A stretch of DNA of 64,000 nucleotides, from NCBI GenBank assembly GCA_040905045.1, contig JBBDSH010000050.1, forward strand, positions 7,698 to 71,697, written 5' to 3'. Each line of letters begins with the position of its first letter. Positions within the stretch are counted from its first letter, which is position 1. This DNA is from Gammaproteobacteria bacterium. Its GTDB lineage: Bacteria > Pseudomonadota > Gammaproteobacteria > Eutrophobiales > Eutrophobiaceae. The position numbers and the translations under genes were made by a program. Shown piece by piece: positions 35,717 through 44,926 of the stretch. Below the pieces are notes generated by a model. That model worked only from the letters and a program-made list of their open reading frames with translations. It made no database searches and was not told the origin of the DNA.

Positions 35717-36355
35717 TCAGAACTCGAACCGCACGCCGGCGGTAAAGTTATGACTGGCGAACGTGCTGGTGGTGGTGTCGAATTCCGGATCGCTGCTGGA
35801 GATATAACGATAGCGCAGCTCCAGCGTGACCTGTTCCGACACCATGTAACCGATACCGGCGCCGGCGTTCCAGGCAAAGTTCGTGTCCTTGTTGCTGAAG
35901 TCGAGCGGCACGCCCTGCAGGGCGCCATCCGCCTTGATGCGCGCGAAGCCTACACCGGCGCCGACGAACGGCCGGATATTATTGCCGAGATCGAAATCGT
36001 AATACGCGTTCACGAATCCCATCAGCGCAGTGACGTCGCCGGACAATCCGATAGTAGCCGGATCCACGTTCAGTCCCTGCACGTTAATGTTATCGAGATC
36101 GTTCTTCATGTAACTGAACTCGACTTCAGAACGGTACTGATCGCTGCGCAGACCCAGCACGCCGGACGCGGTCAGCCCTTCATCAAAACCGAGATCCACC
36201 TGCACACCGGGCACCGTACTGTCGGTGATCTCCGAGTCTTCCATCATCGCCACGCCGCCGTGCGCGCCGGCATAAATGTCGTAGGCGTGTAGTTGGAAAC
36301 TTGATATTAACAAGCAGCCCGCAACCCAAAACCTCGTATGGTTTTTCTTATTCAT
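35717..36355 (-). CDS. outer-membrane beta-barrel protein (Ail/Lom/OmpX-like moron)
   Basis: Signal peptide, alternating amphipathic beta-strands and a C-terminal aromatic (AGVRFEF). GC is lower than in the neighbours, and the gene sits between the late genes and the repressor. Confidence 0.6.
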   Translation of the reverse strand: MNKKNHTRFWVAGCLLISSFQLHAYDIYAGAHGGVAMMEDSEITDSTVPGVQVDLGFDEGLTASGVLGLRSDQYRSEVEFSYMKNDLDNINVQGLNVDPATIGLSGDVTALMGFVNAYYDFDLGNNIRPFVGAGVGFARIKADGALQGVPLDFSNKDTNFAWNAGAGIGYMVSEQVTLELRYRYISSSDPEFDTTTSTFASHNFTAGVRFEF

Positions 36356-36394
36356 CTCTATCTCCTTTTGTCAAAAAAAATGTATCCATATCAA

Positions 36395-36817
36395 CTATCC
36401 CGCTTTTTTATTTTTGTCTTCTGGTACGAACGCAGTAATGATCTTCTTCACGCGGTCACGATCTTCCGGGGCGAGCCCCCGATAAAGATCGAGGACCGCC
36501 TGCTCCTCCTTGTCAGGTATTTCTGACCGTCCATCTTCGGCCGGCTTATCTGCAACGTAACCGGCTCGATCGCCAGTCAGGATATAGTGCACGTCCGCGC
36601 CCAGTCGGGCAAATGCGATCAAGGCCTCGCCGCCTGGGGTACGTTTGTCCCCTTCATATTTCTTCAGCGTCTCCAGCGGAAGCTTCAATTCCGTCGAAAA
36701 TTGGCGCTGCGAGAGTCCCATTTTTTGACGTAACTCTCTGATTCTATTTCCAATTGTCATAGATACACATCTGTAAGCGGGGTCAGGCTTGACTGGTGCC
36801 CAATTGGGCACTATCAT
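36395..36817 (-). CDS. phage repressor (XRE-family HTH, c-like)
   Basis: HTH IGNRIRELRQKMGLSQRQFSTEL. It is divergent from ner, and the real start may be the internal Met at 36758..36760, because the 16-bp palindrome lies inside the longer ORF. Confidence 0.65.
   Translation of the reverse strand: MIVPNWAPVKPDPAYRCVSMTIGNRIRELRQKMGLSQRQFSTELKLPLETLKKYEGDKRTPGGEALIAFARLGADVHYILTGDRAGYVADKPAEDGRSEIPDKEEQAVLDLYRGLAPEDRDRVKKIITAFVPEDKNKKAG
36796..36811. promoter_or_regulatory. perfect 16-bp palindrome GTGCCCAATTGGGCAC (candidate repressor operator)
   Basis: Located in the divergent c / ner control region. Confidence 0.5.
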
Positions 36818-36853
36818 CCGTTTAAGTTAATTTTTTATCTGAGTATAGACGAA

Positions 36854-37063
36854 GTGCATCCAGCGGACATTAAAGCGGCACTGAAAAAGAACGGGAAAAG
36901 CCAATCTGTGCTGGCAAAGGAACTCGGCGTATCTCCAGCCGCGGTGCATCTCGTCATTGAAGGTCGCACGCACAGCAAGCGCGTCGCGAAAGCCATATCG
37001 CAAATTACGGGTTATTCAATCGATGAGTTGTGGCCGGAACAATATGAGGAGAAGGCCGCATGA
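36854..37063 (+). CDS. ner: Ner-like DNA-binding protein
   Basis: 69 aa, MHPADIKAALKK...LAKELGVSPAAVHLVIEGRTHSKRVAKAISQITG matches the Ner/Nlp family. Confidence 0.75.
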   Translation: MHPADIKAALKKNGKSQSVLAKELGVSPAAVHLVIEGRTHSKRVAKAISQITGYSIDELWPEQYEEKAA

Positions 37064-37896
37064 ATATCCGGCTTTCTATGAGTGACTGGCTGTCTAGGAA
37101 GCTGATATCGATGGCGCAGCTACTCAGTTCGGAGGGCCGGAAAATCCCCTCTGCAATCGAGCAGAAGAGCAGTTCGCGGCAGCCACGTAATATAAGGATC
37201 GGAGACAGGCTCACGCAATATCGAAAGCTGCTGGGATACACACAAGCAGAAGCGGCCTCTGAATTCGGCGTGTCTCGACGGTCGTGGATCAGGTATGAAA
37301 CGGGCACCACAAAACCTGCCAATTCCGTATTAATTCAACTCTCGCGCAACGGCTTAAATCCGGACTGGCTGTACACAGGCAAAGGAGAAGTGCTTCTTTG
37401 TCATCCAACTCGCCAGAAATCCACCGGTGAACGCTCCCGCGCACGAAGGCTTGAACGGATGCGCCGAAGCCTGGCTAAAACATTTGACAGTGATTATTGG
37501 TTCACCCGGAACCGCTTCATCAAGATAACCCTCTACAGCGAACTGCTGGTACGACAACAGACAACAGAAGAATTTTTGAAGGAACTCTCCGTTGCGATAG
37601 GCAGGCGAGTTGAAAACATCGGTGTCGTTATCGATGCGCTCTCCGCCAAGCCGGAATACCGATCATCGAGCGTCACCACCGCTTCAAAAATTAGAAAGTC
37701 GGTGGCGCGCATTCTCAATATCGATTTCGACGCTATCGATTACGACGCTCTCCAGAAGAAAGTCAATTTCGATTCAATCGGCGGCACGTCCAAAGAGGGC
37801 CTGGGATCGTCCACGACTGATCCAGGGCAGTCGGGCGATCCAACGCGACAGAGCCCCGGGCGTGCCGCCGTCCTTTCAACGGAGGGCGACGCATGA
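37060..37896 (+). CDS. XRE-family HTH protein (extra early regulator, low-GC)
   Basis: 278 aa with central HTH QYRKLLGYTQAEAASEFGVSRRSWIRYETG; its ATGA overlaps the ner stop. Confidence 0.45.
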   Translation: MNIRLSMSDWLSRKLISMAQLLSSEGRKIPSAIEQKSSSRQPRNIRIGDRLTQYRKLLGYTQAEAASEFGVSRRSWIRYETGTTKPANSVLIQLSRNGLNPDWLYTGKGEVLLCHPTRQKSTGERSRARRLERMRRSLAKTFDSDYWFTRNRFIKITLYSELLVRQQTTEEFLKELSVAIGRRVENIGVVIDALSAKPEYRSSSVTTASKIRKSVARILNIDFDAIDYDALQKKVNFDSIGGTSKEGLGSSTTDPGQSGDPTRQSPGRAAVLSTEGDA

Positions 37897-37938
37897 AATT
37901 TGACTGGTCCACGCATTATCCGCCCGAGGGCTGGGCAG

Positions 37939-38139
37939 TCAGATCGCGGTCAGGCTCTCGGCGATTGCGCCCAGTGCATCGGCTGCGCCGTCTTCTCCGA
38001 TCCGTTTTAGCTGGTGCGTGGCCCCGGAAAGGTTGCTGAACAGATGATCCATTTCAAGCACACCGTCATCGCTCAGGGTTTTGACCAGGGCCGTGTAGGC
38101 GTAATAGAGCGCCAACGCTCGTTCATTCGTGTCATGCAT
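37939..38139 (-). CDS. small hypothetical protein (antisense-oriented within the early region)
   Basis: 66-aa ORF on the minus strand between the HTH gene and the transposase. Confidence 0.2.
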   Translation of the reverse strand: MHDTNERALALYYAYTALVKTLSDDGVLEMDHLFSNLSGATHQLKRIGEDGAADALGAIAESLTAI

Positions 38140-38228
38140 ATCGGTGGCCTCCCGGCTGGGGTTGGGTTCGTCAGCCTCTCAACTTTACCAGCCGGGCGTG
38201 CCGCCGTCCTTATTCACCGGAGCGGATC

Positions 38229-40406
38229 ATGAGCTGGATAACAACAAAAGAAGCCGCAAGTCTGCTCGGCGTCAATCAACGCACGGTGCAGCTCCGGGCG
38301 CGGCGGGAAGGCTGGCGCAGCCGGCCGCGTATCGGGCGCGGCGGCGGCAGGGAATACCACACCGACGATCTGCCGCTGCCGACATCCCAGCCGGACGATC
38401 GCAAAGAGTCACTGAAACAAACCACGGAACAATCCTTTTCCCTTCGCAATATCGAATCCGGCCTGCGCGACGTACAGGGTTTATCAACGTCGCAGCAACA
38501 ACGATTGAACGCCCGTTTAACCATCGTTCGAACGTGGCAGCAATACCATCGTAACAGCGGCCTGAAACAGGTCGCCTCGCAATACAAATTCGCCGAGCAG
38601 TACAACGCCGGCGAGATCGACATCGACGCGGAGACCCGCGCCGCTTATCCCACCATCAGCCGCGCCTCCCTGGTGCGCTGGAAAACCGAACTAAAGAAAC
38701 ACGGCGTCGCCCGGCTCGCCGGCCAGTACGGCAACCGCAAGGGTCAATCGCTGATCGCATCGCAGCCGGAGGTTGCCGATTACCTGCGCGCTTGCCTGGG
38801 CGGTCCGCACGCGGACATCACCGCGCGCCATCTTTATCGCGGCCTGCGCGCCCGCTTCCACGCGCGCGACGATATCCGCATGCCGTCACCGCGATCGGTC
38901 GAGCGCTGGCTCGATGCCTGGCGTCGCGACAACGCCGAGCTGCACGCCAGTCTCAGTAATCCGGATCGCTGGAAAAACGAATACATGGTCGCGCACGGAT
39001 CGTTGTCCGAATCCATCAGCGCACCGAATCAACTCTGGGAACTGGACGCCACGCCGGCGGACGTCATGCTGGCAGACGGCCGGCATTCATTGAGCGGCGC
39101 CATCGATGTCGGCACGCGCCGATTCAAATTATTAGTGACACCCACACCGCGCGCCGCCGCCGTCGCCGCGCTCATGCGCTGGACGCTGCTGCACTGGGGC
39201 GTGCCGGACACCTGCAAGCTGGACAACGGCAAGGAATACGTCGGGCATTACACGATGCGCATTTTACACGCGCTGGAGATCACGCCGGATGTCTGCCCGC
39301 CGTTCCAGCCCTGGATGAAGCCGCACATCGAACGCGCCTTCCGAACCTTCTCCCACGATCTGATCGAGCTGCTGCCCAACTACATCGGCCACAACGTCGC
39401 CGACCGCAAGGCCATCGAGGCGCGCCGCAGTTTCGCCGATCGGCTTATGAAGAAAAACGAAGTGGTAGAGATCAACATGACCGCCGCCGAGCTGCAGGCG
39501 TTCTGCGATCGCTGGTGCGAATCCATCTACGAACATCAGGCGCACGACGGCCTGCACGGCAAGACGCCGTTCCAGGTCGCCAGCGAGTGGACCGGCGAGC
39601 TGCGCCGCATCCGCGACGAACGCACTCTGGACATGCTGCTGGCCGAGGCGCCGGACAATCACGGCAAGCGCACGGTGCACAAGAAAGGCATCCGCATCAA
39701 GTGGCCGCAGCAGTCGCATCACCACTGGTACATCGCGCCGGAGCTGGCGCTGCACGTTCGCCGGCAGGTCACCGTTCTTTACGACCCGGCCGGCGACATG
39801 GGCCGCGTCTACGTGTTCGGCGACGATGGCTTCCTGTGCATCGCTGAATGCCCGGAACTCACCGGCATCGATCGCCGCGACTACGCGATGGCGGCGAAGC
39901 GCCTGCAGCGCGAGACAGTGCAGGCGCGCCGCCGCGAAATGAAAAAGGCAGCGAAGGATCTGGACGTCGGCAACATCGCCGGCGAGATCCTGGAACACGC
40001 CGAGCGCGAGCACGGCAACGTAACCCTATTCCCGCGCGCCGGGCAGGCGCACGAATCCGCATTTCTCACTGAAGCCGGCGAGGCCATCCGCGCGGCCGAC
40101 GATCACGACACGCCTGCCCAGGGCGCGCCCGTCTCCGAGGAATCCCATCAGCGCGTCGCGGCGATGCTCGCCGAAGAAGACGAACAGCCGATGGAGACGC
40201 CGGAACAACGATTCACGAAAGCACTTTCCTTACTGGACGGAACGCTGCAGGGCACGCCCGCCGATTACGAATGGCTGGCCATGTATCAAACCTCATCCGA
40301 ATTCCGGGGCCGCTACCTGACGTGGCGGACTCTCGGTGCGGGCGCGGACCGGGACGACATCGATGGCGATCCCTGGCTGCGCCCGGTGCATCAGCAAACG
40401 GGGTAA
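38229..40406 (+). CDS. Mu-type DDE transposase (MuA-like)
   Basis: 725 aa with an N-terminal HTH (MSWITTKEAASLLGVNQRTVQ), a central rve/DDE core (WELDATPADVML...) and a C-terminal Mu-transposase-like region. Confidence 0.8.
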   Translation: MSWITTKEAASLLGVNQRTVQLRARREGWRSRPRIGRGGGREYHTDDLPLPTSQPDDRKESLKQTTEQSFSLRNIESGLRDVQGLSTSQQQRLNARLTIVRTWQQYHRNSGLKQVASQYKFAEQYNAGEIDIDAETRAAYPTISRASLVRWKTELKKHGVARLAGQYGNRKGQSLIASQPEVADYLRACLGGPHADITARHLYRGLRARFHARDDIRMPSPRSVERWLDAWRRDNAELHASLSNPDRWKNEYMVAHGSLSESISAPNQLWELDATPADVMLADGRHSLSGAIDVGTRRFKLLVTPTPRAAAVAALMRWTLLHWGVPDTCKLDNGKEYVGHYTMRILHALEITPDVCPPFQPWMKPHIERAFRTFSHDLIELLPNYIGHNVADRKAIEARRSFADRLMKKNEVVEINMTAAELQAFCDRWCESIYEHQAHDGLHGKTPFQVASEWTGELRRIRDERTLDMLLAEAPDNHGKRTVHKKGIRIKWPQQSHHHWYIAPELALHVRRQVTVLYDPAGDMGRVYVFGDDGFLCIAECPELTGIDRRDYAMAAKRLQRETVQARRREMKKAAKDLDVGNIAGEILEHAEREHGNVTLFPRAGQAHESAFLTEAGEAIRAADDHDTPAQGAPVSEESHQRVAAMLAEEDEQPMETPEQRFTKALSLLDGTLQGTPADYEWLAMYQTSSEFRGRYLTWRTLGAGADRDDIDGDPWLRPVHQQTG

Positions 40407-40432
40407 CCCAACCACTTAATGGAGGCATCGTT

Positions 40433-41221
40433 ATGAAATACAAAATCTGCCACACGAAGAATGTCGCCCGCCTCGCTGAGGCGGGCGATGCGTTGATATC
40501 GCGCCAGCCGGGGATGCCGGGCATGGGATTGCTGTCCGGTCCCACCGGCTACGGCAAGACGGTGTCCGTCGCCTGGTACGCCATCCAGTGCCGGGGCGTG
40601 TTCGTCCGCGCGATGGCGAACTGGAGTCCGAGCGCCATGCTTTCCTCAATACTGCGCGAGCTGGACGTCGAGATGAACGGCACCAACGCCGACAAAACCA
40701 CGCGCATCATCGAACTGCTGGCACAACATCAACGCCCGGTGTTCATCGACGAAGCCGATTACCTGGTCCGCTCGCAAATGATGATGGAAACATTGCGCGA
40801 TCTGCATGACCTTTCCAACGTGCCGGTGATCCTCGTCGGCGAGGAACACATGCATCGCAAGCTGCAGGGCTACACGCGACTGACCCGGCGCCTGGCGCAG
40901 CACGTGGAGTTCACCGGCGCGGACATCGAGGACGCGCGGATCCTCGCCGATCAGTTGTCCGAAGTGACGATCGCCGACGACTTGTTGGGCGATCTACATT
41001 ACGCCGCCTGCGCCAAGAAGCGCGGCAGCAACGAGGCCATCGGCGGCGCCTCGGCCGGATTGATCGTGGTCGGCCTCTCGCGCATCGAGCAGCTCGCGCG
41101 CAACAAGGGGATCAAGACCGTCGCCGCGAAGGACTGGCCGCGCGGTGCGTCATTCTTCGAGGGCGCCGCGCCCATGCCCGGCCCGGCCGGCGATGTGGTC
41201 AAACTGCGGAGCGGCAAATGA
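40433..41221 (+). CDS. transposition ATPase (MuB-like, AAA+)
   Basis: Walker A GPTGYGKT, Walker B VFIDEAD, GGAGG RBS; the start is ATG 40433 rather than the track ORF 40271. Confidence 0.75.
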   Translation: MKYKICHTKNVARLAEAGDALISRQPGMPGMGLLSGPTGYGKTVSVAWYAIQCRGVFVRAMANWSPSAMLSSILRELDVEMNGTNADKTTRIIELLAQHQRPVFIDEADYLVRSQMMMETLRDLHDLSNVPVILVGEEHMHRKLQGYTRLTRRLAQHVEFTGADIEDARILADQLSEVTIADDLLGDLHYAACAKKRGSNEAIGGASAGLIVVGLSRIEQLARNKGIKTVAAKDWPRGASFFEGAAPMPGPAGDVVKLRSGK

Positions 41222-41475
41222 TCCGGCACGTCGCCCGGCAGGACACGCGCAGGACCGCACGCGATCGCATCTGGCACTCCGTGCGGATCCTGCGCCGCTT
41301 CACCTACGCCGACGTGGCGACAGCGGCGGACGCGGGGTACGACGACGTGAAGACCTACCTCGGCACGCTGCGCCGCGTCGGCGTGATCCGGATCACGGGC
41401 CGCGCCGCCACCGGGCGGCGCGGGCCCCCTAAGCCCCCCCCCCCCCCCCCCCCCCGGGGCCGCGTACGCCGGTGA
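41218..41475 (+). CDS. hypothetical early protein containing a poly-Pro stretch encoded by a C22 tract
   Basis: 85 aa whose ATGA overlaps the MuB stop; the C run at 41434..41455 encodes PKPPPPPPPRG. Confidence 0.4.
   Translation: MIRHVARQDTRRTARDRIWHSVRILRRFTYADVATAADAGYDDVKTYLGTLRRVGVIRITGRAATGRRGPPKPPPPPPPRGRVRR
41434..41455 (+). repeat. 22-nt poly-C homopolymer followed by GGGG
   Basis: aagCCCCCCCCCCCCCCCCCCCCCCggggcc. Confidence 0.9.
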
Positions 41476-41580
41476 TGAACCTGGTCCGCGACCTCGGCCC
41501 GCTGACACCGCGTCGTAAGCGCGGCGGCAAGGCTGTCTACGATCCCAACGCGCACGAAGTCCTGGAGGCCGACGATGGAT
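41475..41580 (+). CDS. small ORF (35 aa) bridging the poly-C gene and the next HTH gene by overlapping stop/start codons
   Basis: MNLVRDLGPLTPRRKRGGKAVYDPNAHEVLEADDG; it has TGATG and ATGGATGA overlaps with its neighbours. Confidence 0.25.
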
Positions 41581-41898
41581 GAATGGATCAAGGTGCTCCA
41601 GCGCGAGTGCAAGCGCAGCAGCCAGAACCGCGTCGCCCAGGAGTTGGGCGTGTCGACCTCGGTCATTAACCAGTGTTTGAAAGGCACTTACAGCGGCCGT
41701 GTAAAGCGCATTCAAAGCCTGGTCGAAGGGCGCTACATGAAGGCCACCGTCGAGTGCCCGGTGATCGGCGAGCTGCCGAAGGATCGCTGCATGGATTTTC
41801 AGGCACGGCGTAACAACTTTGCCGCCACCAACCCGGTACGCGTGCAGCTGCACCAGGCCTGCCCGACGTGCCCCAACTTTCAGGGGGGAGAATCATGA
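41575..41898 (+). CDS. HTH plus Cys-rich DNA-binding protein (putative early/middle regulator)
   Basis: SQNRVAQELGVSTSVINQCLKG HTH with a C-terminal CPV...C...CPTC cluster. Confidence 0.4.
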   Translation: MDEWIKVLQRECKRSSQNRVAQELGVSTSVINQCLKGTYSGRVKRIQSLVEGRYMKATVECPVIGELPKDRCMDFQARRNNFAATNPVRVQLHQACPTCPNFQGGES

Positions 41899-42164
41899 GA
41901 GTACTGACACGCAATCATTCCGGCCGCACGCCGGCGGGAGAATACAGTCACCAGGTCGCGACAATGGAAGCCGCGCACATACCGATGACCTCGTATCTCT
42001 GCCCGGCCGATCGCTGCGGTTTCATCATCAAGTGCCAGCGGCCGGTGCATCAGGAATACACCGACGCGTTGACCGAATGCCCGGACTGCGGCTGCCAGCA
42101 TTTCCGCCTTGTCACCCGGGACGGCCGCGTTGAAACCGAGCTGCTGTACGGAGGCATCGCATGA
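41895..42164 (+). CDS. zinc-finger phage protein
   Basis: Cys pairs CPADRC and CPDCGC; the probable start is MRVLTRN at 41895. Confidence 0.35.
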   Translation: MRVLTRNHSGRTPAGEYSHQVATMEAAHIPMTSYLCPADRCGFIIKCQRPVHQEYTDALTECPDCGCQHFRLVTRDGRVETELLYGGIA

Positions 42165-42565
42165 GGCCCGCCTGGGAACGCGATATCGGCGATCCCATCC
42201 TCGATCGCTGGTGCGCGATTTACCACGCCAATCCATCCCTGCGGGTGCGCGGCCTCACGCTCGAGCAGTTCCTCTACGATCCGGAAAAGCGCCTGCAGGA
42301 AACCGTGTTCAATCACGTCCAGCCCGGCGGCGGCACTGACTTCCGGCCGCTGCTGCCGCGCCAGCTTGCTGTCCTGCATGACCTGGCCGAAGAAGAGGCA
42401 GGCCAGCTCTCCCCGGACGCCCTGGCTGCCTATCTCGACGAGCTCGAAGCGCAGCTCGTGCCGGAACCGGATTGCCGGCTCAAAGCCGGCGCCTGGGTGC
42501 AGCCGCTGCATCACCACCGCTACGACGAAAGCCACGACCGCGATCACAGGAGGATCAAGCGATGA
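42161..42565 (+). CDS. hypothetical phage protein
   Basis: 134-aa ORF, translationally coupled. Confidence 0.35.
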   Translation: MRPAWERDIGDPILDRWCAIYHANPSLRVRGLTLEQFLYDPEKRLQETVFNHVQPGGGTDFRPLLPRQLAVLHDLAEEEAGQLSPDALAAYLDELEAQLVPEPDCRLKAGAWVQPLHHHRYDESHDRDHRRIKR

Positions 42566-42792
42566 GCCTGACCAACACACAGATCGAGTTGCTGCGCGTC
42601 GTCGGCGACGGCAATTACTTCTACCCGGTCCACGCCGATGAAGTGGCGGAGCTGAAGGAACTCCAGCGCCAAGGCTACGTCATCGTCCGCGATAACCCGC
42701 ACCCGCCGCCCGGCACGGAAGACATGCCGCCCATCGCCTTCGCGCGGCTTACACAGCAGGGCCGTTATGCCGCGGCCGGGAGCGCCTCATGA
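42562..42792 (+). CDS. hypothetical phage protein
   Basis: 76 aa from ATG 42562 (MSLTNTQIELLRVVGDGNYFYPVH). Confidence 0.3.
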   Translation: MSLTNTQIELLRVVGDGNYFYPVHADEVAELKELQRQGYVIVRDNPHPPPGTEDMPPIAFARLTQQGRYAAAGSAS

Positions 42793-43472
42793 ACCCCGTC
42801 CACGAACAGATCCTCGCCATCATCGATCGCGAGCCGCGCGGCCTGAACGCCAGGGAAGTCTTCGAGCGCGCCTCTCTCTGCACCGACGCCGAACAATGCA
42901 GCAAGGCGCTGTATCACCTGATGGACCAGGGCGAGATCGTCCGGCACGGCAACCAGTACTACCCCGCCGGCACGCCGGCGCCGGCAACCGATTCATCCGA
43001 TCGAAAGGAGGGCAACGCCATGAGCATAGAGATCAAGGGCAAGAAGCAACGGCAGATTTACGACACTCTTAAGAGGCCCATGACGGCCAACCAGATCGCC
43101 GGCGTTACCTTTATGACTGTCGCGCAAATCCAGGCGCAGATCAGCGTCCTCAAAAAGAAGGGGCTCGTCGCCTCCGAGACGCGCGATGGCCGCACGTTCT
43201 ACCTGCGCCGCGATACGGACGGAACAGTCGCGCCGACAGCGACGACAACCGCCAAAAAGGCGGCGAAGAAAAAGCCCGGCCGCATGCCCGCCGCGCAGCC
43301 GAACGGCGACGATCCCGTCGAGCGGCTGCTCGCGCTCAACGTCGAGGCCGCGCAGTCGGCGATGGATGAATACATCACCTCGGTCTGCGATCCGGACACC
43401 CTTGCCCTGTTCCGTGAGCAGCGCGACCACGCGCGCAGCTGCCTCGACCAGTACCGGGAGAAGCGGTCATGA
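42789..43472 (+). CDS. tandem winged-helix DNA-binding protein
   Basis: Two wH-like segments (LAIIDREPRGLNAREVFE..., IYDTLKRPMTANQIAGVTFMTVAQIQAQISVLKKKGLV). Confidence 0.35.
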   Translation: MNPVHEQILAIIDREPRGLNAREVFERASLCTDAEQCSKALYHLMDQGEIVRHGNQYYPAGTPAPATDSSDRKEGNAMSIEIKGKKQRQIYDTLKRPMTANQIAGVTFMTVAQIQAQISVLKKKGLVASETRDGRTFYLRRDTDGTVAPTATTTAKKAAKKKPGRMPAAQPNGDDPVERLLALNVEAAQSAMDEYITSVCDPDTLALFREQRDHARSCLDQYREKRS

Positions 43473-43723
43473 GTCACACGCTTATTGTCGGTTTCACTAT
43501 TGATGATGATGTCCTGGCGGGCATCGATCGTCTGATCGGTACCGGCTTCGGTACCACGCGCGGCGAAGTCATAGGCAACGTGCTCGCCCACGCCCTGCGC
43601 CGCAACGAATCCATCGGCCGCTGCGAGATCTGCGGCGTCGTCGATCACCATCTCATCGAGGGCGCCTGTCCGCTGTGTCGGGTGAAATACGATTTCGATG
43701 AGCCGGAGGTAAATCATGGCTGA
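43469..43723 (+). CDS. small CopG/RHH-like plus zinc-ribbon protein
   Basis: 84 aa with CEICG...CPLC. Confidence 0.3.
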   Translation: MSHTLIVGFTIDDDVLAGIDRLIGTGFGTTRGEVIGNVLAHALRRNESIGRCEICGVVDHHLIEGACPLCRVKYDFDEPEVNHG

Positions 43724-44057
43724 CATCAACCGCGACACCGTCCTTACCGCCCTGCGCCGGCACATCGGCAAACGCAACGGCCTCTCCGCCCGCAAGCTGG
43801 TACGCGAGATCAAAGGGCCGGACGCCACCGAGCGCGACGAACGGATACTGCGGTTCGTCATCGTCGAGCTGCGCAACGAGGGCTACCACATCGGCGCGCA
43901 CCCGCGCTGCGGCTACTTCATCTGCGAGACCGACGCCGAACTGAACGAAACCTGCCTGTACCTGCACGACCGCGCCATGACCACGCTCACGCAGATCAGC
44001 GCCATGAAGAACATCTCGCTGCCCGATCTCAAAGGGCAGCTCAAACTGCCCACATAA
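43716..44057 (+). CDS. hypothetical phage protein
   Basis: 113-aa ORF. Confidence 0.3.
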   Translation: MADINRDTVLTALRRHIGKRNGLSARKLVREIKGPDATERDERILRFVIVELRNEGYHIGAHPRCGYFICETDAELNETCLYLHDRAMTTLTQISAMKNISLPDLKGQLKLPT

Positions 44058-44069
44058 AAGGAGGGAACC

Positions 44070-44603
44070 ATGCGCGACATGAACGACATCGAAATCCTGG
44101 CCGAGGAATATTCCAAGGCCCACGACGCCCTGGCCGACAAGGTCAGCCAGGCCAACGCCGAGCTGCAGGCGGTGAAACGAAAATACCGCCACGAACTGAA
44201 AAGCCTGGCCAGCAACGCCGCCAACACCAAGGCGGATCTCATCGCCGCCATCGAGGAATCGCGCGAGCTGTTCAGGAAACCAAAGACGCGCACCTTCCAC
44301 GGCATCAAGGTCGGCCTGCGCAAAGCGAAAGGAAAACTGAAGTGGACCGATGCGGAGAAAGTCGTCAAGGCCATCAAGCGGGTGTACGACGATCAGATCG
44401 GCACGCTGATCAAAACCACGGAGAAACCGAACAAGGACGCCCTGGAGAAGCTGCCGGCGGCGGAACTGAAAAAGCTCGGCATCACCGTCGAGGATAGCGG
44501 CGACCAGGTGGTCGCCAACCCGGCCGAGGGCGAGATCGACAAGATGGTCGACGCGCTGCTTGAAGGCATGGAACAACAGGAAGAAGAAAGCGACGCCGCG
44601 TGA
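44070..44603 (+). CDS. gam: host-nuclease inhibitor Gam-like protein
   Basis: 177 aa with a coiled-coil N-terminus and Mu Gam-like architecture; it sits in the semi-essential early region. Confidence 0.4.
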   Translation: MRDMNDIEILAEEYSKAHDALADKVSQANAELQAVKRKYRHELKSLASNAANTKADLIAAIEESRELFRKPKTRTFHGIKVGLRKAKGKLKWTDAEKVVKAIKRVYDDQIGTLIKTTEKPNKDALEKLPAAELKKLGITVEDSGDQVVANPAEGEIDKMVDALLEGMEQQEEESDAA

Positions 44604-44926
44604 GCAACTCTCTACTCGAACTCATATTCCTGATTGTGCTCACCGCGCTGCTTGCGTTCTGCGCGTGGCGCGTGGCCAACGAACCGTTACTGGAGGTGAT
44701 CACCGTGTCGGATGAAAAACAGCAATACATGAAGGCAGCGGACGGCAGCCCGATCAAAACCGGCCCCGTCTGGTGTTTCGATGCAGCCAGCCTCGAGGAA
44801 GCGCTGGCGGAGTGGAAAAGGGACGAGATCGTGGGCGCCGAGAAGATTGTCCGCGACTTCCTCCATTCCGACACAGCGCGCGCTCACAAGCTGATCGTCG
44901 AGGTCAAGAAAAAGGAGGGGCAGTGA
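44600..44926 (+). CDS. small membrane protein
   Basis: N-terminal TM helix (LLELIFLIVLTALLAFCAW). Confidence 0.35.
   Translation: MSNSLLELIFLIVLTALLAFCAWRVANEPLLEVITVSDEKQQYMKAADGSPIKTGPVWCFDAASLEEALAEWKRDEIVGAEKIVRDFLHSDTARAHKLIVEVKKKEGQ

Noticed and set aside
39264-41853. Minus-strand ORFs of 249 aa and 284 aa inside the transposase and MuB region
   Set aside because: They are antisense to the MuA-like and MuB-like genes, which carry DDE, HTH and Walker motifs.
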